DNA from: an uncultured delta proteobacterium
GTDB lineage: Bacteria; Desulfobacterota; Desulfuromonadia; Geobacterales; DSM-12255
Length of the DNA: 64,000 bases
Assembly: GCA_963787125.1 (NCBI GenBank)
Contig: CAWBBV010000023.1
Coordinates: forward strand, 143,624 to 207,623
Direction of reading: 5' to 3'
A program made the translations under genes and the position numbers. Under the pieces are notes generated by a model. It was not told the origin of the DNA, did not search any database, and saw only the letters and a program-made list of their open reading frames with translations. This document shows positions 18,142 through 27,187 of the stretch, one piece after another; within the stretch, counting starts at the first letter, position 1; each line of letters begins with the position of its first letter.

Positions 18142-19740
18142 ATGAAGGTTATTGTTACTGATGAGGTTGCTGCTGAAGGGCTGGCACTTCTTGAGCAGGA
18201 TCCTCGCATAGAGATGGATGTGAAACTTGGTCTCTCCAAGGAAGAGCTGCTGGCGGTCATAGGTAATTACGAAGTTATCATTACCCGTAGCGGCACCAAT
18301 GTGGACAAGGATGTTCTCGACGCCGGTACCAGACTGAAACTCGTTGCCCGGGCCGGGGTCGGTATTGATAATGTTGATGTGGATTATGCCAGCAGTCGTG
18401 GTGTGATAGTTGTCAATGCGCCGTTCGGCAATACCAATAGTGCTGCCGAGCATACCATGGCGCTGCTGCTCTCTGCCTGCCGCAATGTCACCAAGGCTAA
18501 TGCCAGTCTTAAAAACGGTGAATGGAAGCGCGCTCCCTTTACCGGTGTTGAACTGAAAGGGAAAACTGCCGGCGTCATCGGTCTTGGCAAGGTCGGCGGG
18601 CGTGTGGCTACCCGCCTGAAAGCCTTTGAATGCGAGGTTCTCGCCTGCGATCCCTACATTGCCGTCAAAAGAGCCCATGATCTGGGCGTCAAGCTGGTTT
18701 CACACGAGGAAATTTATAAGAACTGCGACATCATCACCGTTCACACCCCGCTCAATGATGAAACCCGCAACATGATCGGCATGCGTGAGTTTGCCATGAT
18801 GCAGGACGGCGTTATTGTTCTCAACGTCGCCCGCGGCGGTGTTATTAATGAAGAGGCGCTGCTGGAGAACCTGAAAAACGGCAAGATCGGCCTCTCGGCA
18901 ATCGATGTCTACAGCGTCGAACCGCCTAAATCAGACGTTCTCAAGGAGCTGATTGCCCAGGAAAAACTGGTTGTTACTCCCCATCTCGGCGCAAATACCC
19001 ATGAAGCGCAGATTAATGTTGCGGTTGATGTGTCACGGGAGATTCTCAATTACCTCGATGAACAGCCGTTGGAAAATGCCGTCAATATCCCGCGCTTTGA
19101 TATGGCGCTGATGGATCAGATGCGCCCATTTATGAATCTTATCCGCGTCATGTGTGATTTCGGTATCCAGCTGGTTGAAAGCAACCCGGCCAAAGTTACT
19201 TTCGGCTATACCGGTCAGATTGCTCATTATGACTGCTCGCCCCTGACAGTATTCGGCCTGTCCGCACTTCTTAACCGCATGGTTGATCAGGATGTTAACA
19301 TGGTCAATGCTTCGCTGATTGCCGAGCAGATGGGGATCGTCGTTGACGAAAGCAAGTCGACCCACTCCGATGCTTTTTCCAATCTTGTCACACTGGTAAT
19401 TGAGGGGGCTGACGGGAAGAGGAGGCTGATAGCCGGGACACTTTTCGAAGGGGCTCCACGGATCGTTCGCCTCCGCGACTACTCCATGGATTTCACCCCG
19501 GCCGAGCATATGCTGCTCCTGCACTACGGCGACAGACCGGGCATGATCGGCAAGATCGGGACGATCATCGGCAAGCATGAAATCAATATTGCCGCCATGA
19601 ACCTGGGCAGAAGCGAGAAAAAAGGTGAGGCGATGGTTATACTTTCCCTTGATTCAGCTGTGCCACAGGAAGTTCTGACCGAGGTCGGTCAGGCTACCGA
19701 AGCATCTTTTATCAAGGCGATCCATTTGCCGGGGAAATGA
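18142..19740 (+). CDS. serA: D-3-phosphoglycerate dehydrogenase (with ACT domain)
   Basis: RAGVGIDNVD, GLGKVG, NVARGG, TPHLGANTHEAQ, DRPGMIG. Confidence 0.97.
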   Translation: MKVIVTDEVAAEGLALLEQDPRIEMDVKLGLSKEELLAVIGNYEVIITRSGTNVDKDVLDAGTRLKLVARAGVGIDNVDVDYASSRGVIVVNAPFGNTNSAAEHTMALLLSACRNVTKANASLKNGEWKRAPFTGVELKGKTAGVIGLGKVGGRVATRLKAFECEVLACDPYIAVKRAHDLGVKLVSHEEIYKNCDIITVHTPLNDETRNMIGMREFAMMQDGVIVLNVARGGVINEEALLENLKNGKIGLSAIDVYSVEPPKSDVLKELIAQEKLVVTPHLGANTHEAQINVAVDVSREILNYLDEQPLENAVNIPRFDMALMDQMRPFMNLIRVMCDFGIQLVESNPAKVTFGYTGQIAHYDCSPLTVFGLSALLNRMVDQDVNMVNASLIAEQMGIVVDESKSTHSDAFSNLVTLVIEGADGKRRLIAGTLFEGAPRIVRLRDYSMDFTPAEHMLLLHYGDRPGMIGKIGTIIGKHEINIAAMNLGRSEKKGEAMVILSLDSAVPQEVLTEVGQATEASFIKAIHLPGK

Positions 19741-19884
19741 TCTTTACGGTTTTTCGGAAATGGAGGGAAAGGGGGTACAGCTGGCGGGCGGCAGTAGCTG
19801 GGTTCAGCGAGCAACTTTCAAACTATACTCCGATAAAAAAATTTAAAACAGACTGTTTTTTTGGTTTTAGGGTGGTAATATTTA

Positions 19885-20070
19885 ATCAGAAGCAACGGAG
19901 TTCAATCTGCAAAAAAGGAGGGTTACACTATAGAGGACACTCCACCATGCAGGTTTCATACAGTTGACTGAAGTACCACTCTGGAGGTAGCAAGAGCCAG
20001 AACAGACCTTGAAAAGGGTAGACGGTAAGATAAATAAAGAAGCCCACCGAACATTTGGTGGGCTTTTCAT
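19885..20070 (+). ncRNA. Candidate small RNA (unassigned)
   Basis: Between convergent genes; extended -10-like TGgTAATAT at 19873-19881, several hairpins and GGA motifs, strong terminator. Confidence 0.3.
20040..20068. terminator. Intrinsic terminator, probably bidirectional
   Basis: aagcccacc-gaacattt-ggtgggctt with T-rich and A-rich flanks. Confidence 0.8.
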
Positions 20071-20074
20071 TTTC

Positions 20075-20422
20075 CTACCAGTGCCAACCTGAAAACCAAC
20101 CCGGGCAATCATTCCCCTCCCAGGTGCCATAAATAATCCTGCCGTTTCTGTCCGCTTCCAACAGGCGGATACAATATTTATCTTCAGGCTTGAGCGCCGG
20201 TCTTTTAGCGTTCGGCTGCGCAAGGACGCCATCAAAGCTGTTCCAGAGCAGAATATGCTTCCCCTCCAGTTTCAACTCCTCGGAAGGCTTGCCCCATGAA
20301 GCTATTACTGCAGTTACTTGCCGGTTCTGCCGGGATGAAATGGCATAATTCATGGCTTGGGGAGCACAGCCGGCTAAAGTGCTTAGTAGAAAGGTCGGCA
20401 GTATCAGAATTAATAAGCGCAT
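20075..20422 (-). CDS. Hypothetical lipoprotein
   Basis: Lipobox LAGC after hydrophobic stretch; start ATG 20422. Confidence 0.7.
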   Translation of the reverse strand: MRLLILILPTFLLSTLAGCAPQAMNYAISSRQNRQVTAVIASWGKPSEELKLEGKHILLWNSFDGVLAQPNAKRPALKPEDKYCIRLLEADRNGRIIYGTWEGNDCPGWFSGWHW

Positions 20423-20439
20423 GGTTCTCCTTCCCATAA

Positions 20440-21381
20440 TCAAGAGAAAATCAGCAGATGCATAATGCCGCGCAGGAGTATCCCGATTGCGGCTCCGGCA
20501 ATTGCCGGACGGGCTATTGAGGCGCAGCGGCTCCCTGCTGAGATCAACACCGCAACTCCGACCAGGTCGCAGGGGTTGGTTATGAAGCCGGCCATCCGGT
20601 TCAGCTCCTGGACTGTAATGGCGCCCTCTTTCAGCAGGTTGATGGTGACGCCCATCATGGCAGTGCCGCCAGCCAGGTATTTGGTGGCAAGCGGCAGCAC
20701 GGCTACGGTCGGAAAGCCGAGGAGTTTGAACAGCGGCGCCAGGATTATCTCCAGCTGACCGATAGCGCCGATTGCCTTGAGAATGTTTACCAGAAAAATT
20801 GCCAGAATCAGCAGCGGAATCGTACCGAGAATGACTTGGACAGCTTCCTGGCCGCCGACAATCATCAGGTTGAGAATCGTGGTTTTTCGTCCATTTGGCA
20901 CTGCTGGAATAAAAGCGGTTTCATGAGAGGGGGTGGCGTCAGCCGATCTGGCAAACAGGTAGTAGGTGAGGGCTGCTGCGGCCAGTCCGCCGCTGATGGA
21001 GGTGAGCATGATTACCCCGAGGTTCAGGCCGACAGAGACCATGGGGAACACAACGTTTGCCTGGGAAAGGGTCAGGATCATAGCGAGGGTGGCGGCAATC
21101 TGCCGTTTGGAGGTGCCGTCTTTTTCCATAATTGTCAAGGTGGCGAGGGGAGCGGCAAAGCTGACCAAAAGCATCTGGACAATGGCAAAAGCTCCGGCGC
21201 CGGGGATGCCGAATAACCGCAAAAGCGGCTGCAGCAGCCGCGCCACGAAAGCCAGAAACCCGCGAGCCTCTGCGACCTTCATCAGGGCCATCATGACCAC
21301 CAGTACCGGCAGCAGTACATATAAAGCCAGATCCAGACCGGCTTTGCCTGACTGGAGGATAATTTTTACCAGCTCTTCCAT
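20440..21381 (-). CDS. Nucleoside-recognition (Gate) domain membrane protein, SpmA/SpmB-like
   Basis: Two repeated hydrophobic gate-like halves (LQPLLRLFGIPG; LAPLFKLLGFP). Confidence 0.7.
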   Translation of the reverse strand: MEELVKIILQSGKAGLDLALYVLLPVLVVMMALMKVAEARGFLAFVARLLQPLLRLFGIPGAGAFAIVQMLLVSFAAPLATLTIMEKDGTSKRQIAATLAMILTLSQANVVFPMVSVGLNLGVIMLTSISGGLAAAALTYYLFARSADATPSHETAFIPAVPNGRKTTILNLMIVGGQEAVQVILGTIPLLILAIFLVNILKAIGAIGQLEIILAPLFKLLGFPTVAVLPLATKYLAGGTAMMGVTINLLKEGAITVQELNRMAGFITNPCDLVGVAVLISAGSRCASIARPAIAGAAIGILLRGIMHLLIFS

Positions 21382-21455
21382 GTTTATGAATCACCTTGTC
21401 AGGCAAATTGTTTTGGATTAGTGCTTTGGAATAGACAGTCGGCAATCTGAGCCGT

Positions 21456-21956
21456 TTAAATTTGTTTTTGTTTTGCGGGTAAATTTACTTCTGATGAAAG
21501 TATCAGTTGAGGCGGAAGTCCTTCTGCACCAAGAATCTTTACCAACTCTTCCAATCCATCAGTTACTCTTGAAAGTCTTTCTTCTGAGAGCCCCTCAAGT
21601 CCTTTGACCAACAACCCCTGAGGAACCTCTGGAGCTGAGAACAAAAGCTCTTTCCCTTTATCGGACAATGATATCTCAACCACTCTTCTGTCTTCTTCAG
21701 AGCGATCACGTGTGACTAAACCTCTCTTAACCAGGCGATCAATCAAGCCGACTACTGTAGCTGGGTGTAGGTACATGCGTCGTGCAAGTTCGGAAGGATT
21801 TATCAATTGAGCTTCAGCTATAACCTTAATAGCCCAGAGCTGGGGCCCGGTAAGACCGGTAATTCTTTCAACGCTCTTGGAATGCTCGTTAACAACTTGG
21901 AAAAAGCGTCTTATATTGTCAATGATACTTGCTAACTGCTCAGGATTTGATGCCAT
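21456..21956 (-). CDS. MarR family transcriptional regulator
   Basis: GLTGPQLW, ELARRMYLHPATVVGLIDRL, DRRVVEISLS.KG. Confidence 0.93.
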   Translation of the reverse strand: MASNPEQLASIIDNIRRFFQVVNEHSKSVERITGLTGPQLWAIKVIAEAQLINPSELARRMYLHPATVVGLIDRLVKRGLVTRDRSEEDRRVVEISLSDKGKELLFSAPEVPQGLLVKGLEGLSEERLSRVTDGLEELVKILGAEGLPPQLILSSEVNLPAKQKQI

Positions 21957-22355
21957 TAGAACTCCTGTATATTCTGATATGGCTCAGATTAGCGGATGAT
22001 TTCAAGCCTTTAATGGAGAACATTACCATAGAACCATTTAATGCCAAAATAGAAAGAAGTGGTCCAGCTTCGAAAGCTCAAAAAACAAACTACTGATTAA
22101 TTCTCCTTTTGATTTTGAATGCGTAGCTTCACAAATAATTCCGATTGTTTGCAATGAATCAATAAAATCAACATTATTGATTATTATAGTTGAATAATAT
22201 GAGGCTGTTACCTGAAATTTATGACCATTAAAAAATGTGTTGCTCTATGAATCAAAAGTTGTTATATATTTAGTTAGGTAATGCAAACTATATTTATAGC
22301 AAAACAATGTTTATATGTTAAATATATGTCATCTAAAAGTAAAACGGAAACCGCT

Positions 22356-22670
22356 ATGAACAGGAAGCTAATTTTAAGTGCCATCTTCATAGCATCTTTT
22401 TTTCTTGTTTTTCTAGGTATGCGTAACCCGGACCTTTCCGGAGGCAGCGCGCCAAAACAGCGTCCACGGGCCGTAGTAGAAAACTCTACAAGCAAATCTG
22501 TGGATTTCGTTAAGCAGTTAAATTTTGATATCGCTTGTGCGCTACCGACCGCCGGAATAATTCCGAAACTGTGCGTCTTACCTTTAGAGGTTTCACCAAA
22601 CGTTTTTAGCTACTCTTCCATTCCGCCTGCAGGCTTCACCGCCCGCGCCCCACCCGAATTTTATTCTTAA
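22356..22670 (+). CDS. Small membrane-anchored protein ending in RAPP; candidate ribosome-arrest leader peptide
   Basis: MNRK + TM segment; C-terminus IPPAGFTARAPPEFYS (RAPP codons 22644-22655). Confidence 0.65.
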   Translation: MNRKLILSAIFIASFFLVFLGMRNPDLSGGSAPKQRPRAVVENSTSKSVDFVKQLNFDIACALPTAGIIPKLCVLPLEVSPNVFSYSSIPPAGFTARAPPEFYS

Positions 22671-22778
22671 ATAAACCTGATTAACACATCCCTTCCAAAA
22701 TATTTTTATTGAGTAACTCCTCGTTATCCTCAGTCACAATGGTTACGAGGCTAAACGGGAAGCAGATGAGGTCTCATA

Positions 22779-23552
22779 ATGAAAAATGAAAATAGTGCAG
22801 ATAACTCTGTGCGTTCGGTTGATAACGTCATTGATACCCTGGAATTGATTATTGCCTCAAATACAACACAGATTACGGCTACTCATCTCTGTGTATCATT
22901 GGGCGTCAGCAGAAACAGGGCATATCGCCTTCTAGCAACCCTTGAAAAACGAGGTATTGTCGAAAGAGACGCCCAAAGCGGTAATTACCAACTTGGAGTC
23001 AGCGCAGTAGGACTTTCTCAGAAAATACTTAATAGCACCAACCTCATAAAGCACTCTCATCCGGTCATTCAAGAATTGGCAAGGAAGCACGATGAAGCTG
23101 TCTACATGACAGTTCTTAAGGATGATGAAGTTTTATTTCTGGACATGGTCGACTGTGATCAAAGAGTCAAGGCGGAAACATTCATCGGCAGAAGTTTCCC
23201 TTTTTTCAGTAATGCTGCGGGCAAAATGATCAAGGCCGTTGAGTCAAGAGAAGTTGAGAAAATATTTAGACAGCGAAAATGTAGAAAATCACCATGTGAT
23301 TTGAATTTGCTGGAGTCAGAGTTGGACGCCATCAGGAAAAAAGGGGTTGCTGTTGATTTTAACGGCTTGGGTGATGGTGTTATCAGTGTGGCTGTAGCTG
23401 TCAAAGATTACGCCGGCAAGGTCGTCGGAGCTATAACAATGCTGGGCCCCTCATTCAGGATGCTATCTGAAAGGCTTGAAAACGAGATCATTCCTTCTCT
23501 AATTGAGGGAGCAGACATGCTTTCCTTGAAATTCGGTTACGCGAAGTATTAA
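22779..23552 (+). CDS. IclR family transcriptional regulator
   Basis: VRSVD..HTH, NAAGK, SVAVAVKD..VVGAITMLGPSFR. Confidence 0.93.
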   Translation: MKNENSADNSVRSVDNVIDTLELIIASNTTQITATHLCVSLGVSRNRAYRLLATLEKRGIVERDAQSGNYQLGVSAVGLSQKILNSTNLIKHSHPVIQELARKHDEAVYMTVLKDDEVLFLDMVDCDQRVKAETFIGRSFPFFSNAAGKMIKAVESREVEKIFRQRKCRKSPCDLNLLESELDAIRKKGVAVDFNGLGDGVISVAVAVKDYAGKVVGAITMLGPSFRMLSERLENEIIPSLIEGADMLSLKFGYAKY

Positions 23553-23674
23553 CACTGAGCGGCGTATTAATGTGAGGTAACTAAATAAAGGAGGTTCATA
23601 AATCAGTATAATCCGAAGGTAGCGGGACGCCGTTACCCAGTGCTGTTAAAATCCAAATGAAAGGAGTACCAACC

Positions 23675-23986
23675 ATGGCAGAACAGCAGTATGACTGGAA
23701 AGCAATAGCCCAGAACCCAAAGTTTAAAGAGTTGCATCACAAGAAAAGCGCGTTTCTCTTCGGCTGGTGGATCTTCTCCACCGCCTATTACTTCCTCCTC
23801 CCTATCGGTGCAGCTTATGCTCCGGGTCTTTTCAAGATCAAGGTTATCAGCGTAATAAATTTTGGATACGTTTTTGCTCTTTCCCAGTTTTTTGTGTCCT
23901 GGGGACTTGCCGGTTACTATGCACACGTCGCTAACAAGGACTTTGACAGAATGACCAAGGCTCTGATTGACGAACTACATCTTTAG
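23675..23986 (+). CDS. DUF485 (YjcH-like) membrane protein, ActP partner
   Basis: NPKFKEL, two TM segments, ANKDFD; AAGGAG SD. Confidence 0.9.
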   Translation: MAEQQYDWKAIAQNPKFKELHHKKSAFLFGWWIFSTAYYFLLPIGAAYAPGLFKIKVISVINFGYVFALSQFFVSWGLAGYYAHVANKDFDRMTKALIDELHL

Positions 23987-24004
23987 AAAAGGAGGATAAG
24001 AGAC

Positions 24005-25978
24005 ATGACATTCAAGCAGATAATTATCGCCGCATCCCTGACACTTACCTTTGCCTCAGCCGCCTTTGCTGAAGAGCCCAAGAAGGAAATGACCGCTCCA
24101 GGAACAGCCCCAGCTGCCACAGCGCCAGCAATGGCGGCCCCCGGCGCACAGTCAGCAGCTCCCGTAGCAGCCCCTGCACCAGCTGCTCCGGTCAAGAGAG
24201 AACTGAAGGCCAACAAGGCCATTACCCTGTCCATGTTTGCCGTCATCATCGGCATCACGATGGCTGTTGTTGTCAAGGCTGCCAGCAAAACCAAGACTGC
24301 CGCAGACTTTTACGCTGCCGGTGGCGGTATTACCGGCACCCAGAACGGCTGGGCGATTGCTGGCGACTATATGTCGGCCGCATCGTTCCTCGGAATTTCC
24401 GGCCTGATTTCGCTGTACGGGTATGACGGGTTCATGTACTCGGTCGGCTGGCTGGTTGCCTATATCACGGTTCTTCTGATTGTTGCCGAGCCGTGCCGTA
24501 ATGCCGGCAAGTACACCCTCGGCGACATACTCTCCTTCCGTACCGACCCCAAGCCGGTTCGCGCGATTGCCGCGATTGCTACAGTTTCCGTATCGACTTT
24601 CTATCTCACTGCCCAGATGGTCGGTGCCGGTAAACTGATGGCTCTCCTTGTCGGCGTGCCGTACAAGGCAGCTATCATCGGCGTAGGCATCCTCATGGTC
24701 GGCTATGTAGTTTTCGGTGGCATGACAGCAACTACCTGGGTGCAGATCATCAAGGCCGGCCTGCTCATGTCAGGTGCATTACTCCTTTCCGTACTGGTGC
24801 TTATGAAGGCTAACTTCAATCCAATTCAGTTCTTTGAAATGATCGTTAATAGCCCTGACATCCAGGATCACGTTTCCAAACTGGTACTGAGAGACGGAAT
24901 CGTCCTGTCAGGAACAGAAGCAGGTCAGCGCTTTCTTGAGCCGGGCCTGTTCCTCAAGAACCCGCTTGATCAGATATCCCTCGGTATGGCTCTGGTCCTC
25001 GGTACCGCCGGTATGCCGCACATCCTTATGCGTTTCTTCACCGTGCCAACTGCTCAGGCCGCCCGTAAGTCTGTTATCATCGCCATGTGGATAATCGGTG
25101 GTTTCTACGTTCTGACAACCCTCCTTGGATTCGGGGCAGCGATCAACCTAACTCCACAGGGGATTATTTCGGTTGACCCTGGTGGTAACATGGCAACCCT
25201 GCTTCTTGCCCAGACTCTTGGTGCTGAAATTGCGCCGGTCATCGGCGACATCTTCCTTGCATTCCTTTGCTCGGTTGCCTTTGCTACCATCCTGGCGGTT
25301 GTTTCCGGTCTGGTTCTGGCATCTTCAGCGGCTATTGCTCATGATATCTATGTTAACGTCATCAAGGACGGTCATGCCGACCAGCACGAACAGGTAATGG
25401 CAGCTCGAATTACTTCACTTGTTGTCGGCGCTGTCGGCATTATGATTGGTATTCTTGCTGAAAAGGCTAACGTTGCCCACCTTGTTGCGCTTGCTTTCGC
25501 AGTTGCCTCCTCCGGTAACCTGCCGGTTGTTGTGCTTTCACTCTTTTGGCGCAAGATGAATACTGCCGGTGTCATTGGTGGTCTTGTCGTCGGCACCATA
25601 GCATCAATTGGCCTGGTTATGGTTTCGCCGAACATGACCTACCCGAAAGTGGTTGCCAAGGGTGCTGAGAAGGTTATTGCTGCCATGGAGAAGAAGCAGG
25701 CTGCTCTTGCTCCTGGTGCGGTGCTTGACGCAAAAGACATCAAAGCCCTCGAAAAGGCTCAAAAAGACGTGCTTAACAAAGACGGCAAGTCAATGATGGG
25801 TCTCAGTGAACCGATTATCAAACTGAAAAACCCTGGTATTTTCTCTATTCCTATCGGGTTTGCTGCTGCAATTTTCGGTGCGTTGCTCTTCCCGAGCAAA
25901 CGTTCCGAGGATATGTTCGACGAAGTCTATGTCCGCCAGAACACCGGTCTTGGCATGGCTAAAGCGATCGATCACTAA
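24005..25978 (+). CDS. actP: Cation/acetate symporter (sodium:solute symporter family)
   Basis: QNGWAIAGDYMSAASFLG, ATTWVQIIKA, GTAGMPHILMRFFTVP. Confidence 0.95.
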   Translation: MTFKQIIIAASLTLTFASAAFAEEPKKEMTAPGTAPAATAPAMAAPGAQSAAPVAAPAPAAPVKRELKANKAITLSMFAVIIGITMAVVVKAASKTKTAADFYAAGGGITGTQNGWAIAGDYMSAASFLGISGLISLYGYDGFMYSVGWLVAYITVLLIVAEPCRNAGKYTLGDILSFRTDPKPVRAIAAIATVSVSTFYLTAQMVGAGKLMALLVGVPYKAAIIGVGILMVGYVVFGGMTATTWVQIIKAGLLMSGALLLSVLVLMKANFNPIQFFEMIVNSPDIQDHVSKLVLRDGIVLSGTEAGQRFLEPGLFLKNPLDQISLGMALVLGTAGMPHILMRFFTVPTAQAARKSVIIAMWIIGGFYVLTTLLGFGAAINLTPQGIISVDPGGNMATLLLAQTLGAEIAPVIGDIFLAFLCSVAFATILAVVSGLVLASSAAIAHDIYVNVIKDGHADQHEQVMAARITSLVVGAVGIMIGILAEKANVAHLVALAFAVASSGNLPVVVLSLFWRKMNTAGVIGGLVVGTIASIGLVMVSPNMTYPKVVAKGAEKVIAAMEKKQAALAPGAVLDAKDIKALEKAQKDVLNKDGKSMMGLSEPIIKLKNPGIFSIPIGFAAAIFGALLFPSKRSEDMFDEVYVRQNTGLGMAKAIDH

Positions 25979-26008
25979 AGTTCGCCGCGAGCGAATGTTA
26001 TGATATGC

Positions 26009-26038
26009 AGGGAGGCGCTAAGAGCCTCCCTTTTTTTT
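26009..26038 (+). terminator. Intrinsic terminator after actP
   Basis: agggaggc-gctaaga-gcctccct + T run. Confidence 0.88.
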
Positions 26039-26484
26039 ATTTTTTAAATAGGGGATGTAAACCCTAACCAGCGAAAATTTCAGAATGCTTGCAAGCCACC
26101 AGTCAATCTCCTACAAAATGCCGAACTCGACCGGGTTAGGGTTTACAACCCCAAGTAGCAACAAATTCATGTTGCCGTAAATTCCGACTGTGGTGAAAAG
26201 CAGAACAGATCTAATTCTTGGGATATGAGGAAAAAAAGAGAGTACATGAGCCTTGATCTGGAAAAGTGGTTTGCCGTCAATCAGAACCATTGCTTCAACC
26301 GGTAGTTTGGCAGCAGATTTTTTCATGAGCGCTCCAGAAAATTCTTGACTTTATATTCTTGCAGTGCAAATAATTTGTTACACCAAATAATATTGCATTG
26401 TTGTATGCTAGTCAAGCACTGATACTTTTTTTGCGACATTGCACGTCAAACACAACAACAGGGGGAACTATGGCAGGGGGAATT

Positions 26485-27146
26485 ATGAAAAGGCGAACGT
26501 GGTTCTTAATGGTCTTGGGTAGTGTGCTTCTGTTTGCAAGTGGCTGTTCCAAGACAGCGAGTGTCAAAAATGACGAAGGGATTGTGCCTGTCGCGGCAAA
26601 TGCAGGTAAGCAGTTGGTCAAGCCGGATGCTATCAAAGGACTATTTGCCGGGGGCGAAGCTGACAGAAATCGTTAGCTCAGGCTGATGCGGCCAAGCAGC
26701 AGGCGGCCAAACAGCAGGCGGCCAAAGAAGCTTTGGCAAAAGATGCCATGGCCAAGCAGGCAGCCAGGCAAATCGAACTGGAGTCTATTGCAAACGCCGG
26801 AGAGCTGAAAATTATATTGGAAAATATCTATTTTGACTTTGACTCCCCAACGCTGTCTCGGGATGCCCGTAAAACTCTTGCAAATAATGCAGAGAGACTA
26901 AAAAAGGCCTCGAATGTCATGGTGAGAATTGAAGGCAATTGCGACGAGCGGGGCTCGGACGAATACAACCTTGCTCTGGGTGAACGGCGCGCCAAGTCGG
27001 CTTTACAGTACTTGGCAGCGCTGGGTGTTCCGGAAAAGCGCTTATCTGCTGTCAGCTATGGTAAGGAAAAACCTGTTGCCGTGATGCACGATGAAGCCTC
27101 ATGGACCAAGAACCGCCGCGATGAATTTGTCATTACTAAGCAGTAG
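26485..27146 (+). pseudogene. pal: Pal/OmpA-family lipoprotein split by a 1-nt frameshift near 26664-26670
   Basis: Lipobox ASGC in one frame; IYFDFD, EGNCDERGSDEYNLALGERRA, SYGKEKP, NRRDEF in another. Confidence 0.8.
26688..26732 (+). repeat. Three 15-bp tandem repeats (AAKQQ) in the pal linker
   Basis: gcggccaagcagcag gcggccaaacagcag gcggccaaagaagct. Confidence 0.85.
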
Positions 27147-27187
27147 TTTTGTTTCTAACCGCCACCATTATTTGATGTACGCATTTA

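Noticed and set aside
19885..20070. 6S RNA next to serA
   Set aside because: No long closing stem with a central bubble could be formed, and zapA/ygfA neighbours are absent.
26111..26326. 71-aa minus-strand ORF, and a possible GEMM (cyclic dinucleotide) riboswitch suggested by GGCAAACC
   Set aside because: No recognisable family; the GAAA/GCAAAGC elements and P2 stem of the riboswitch were not found.
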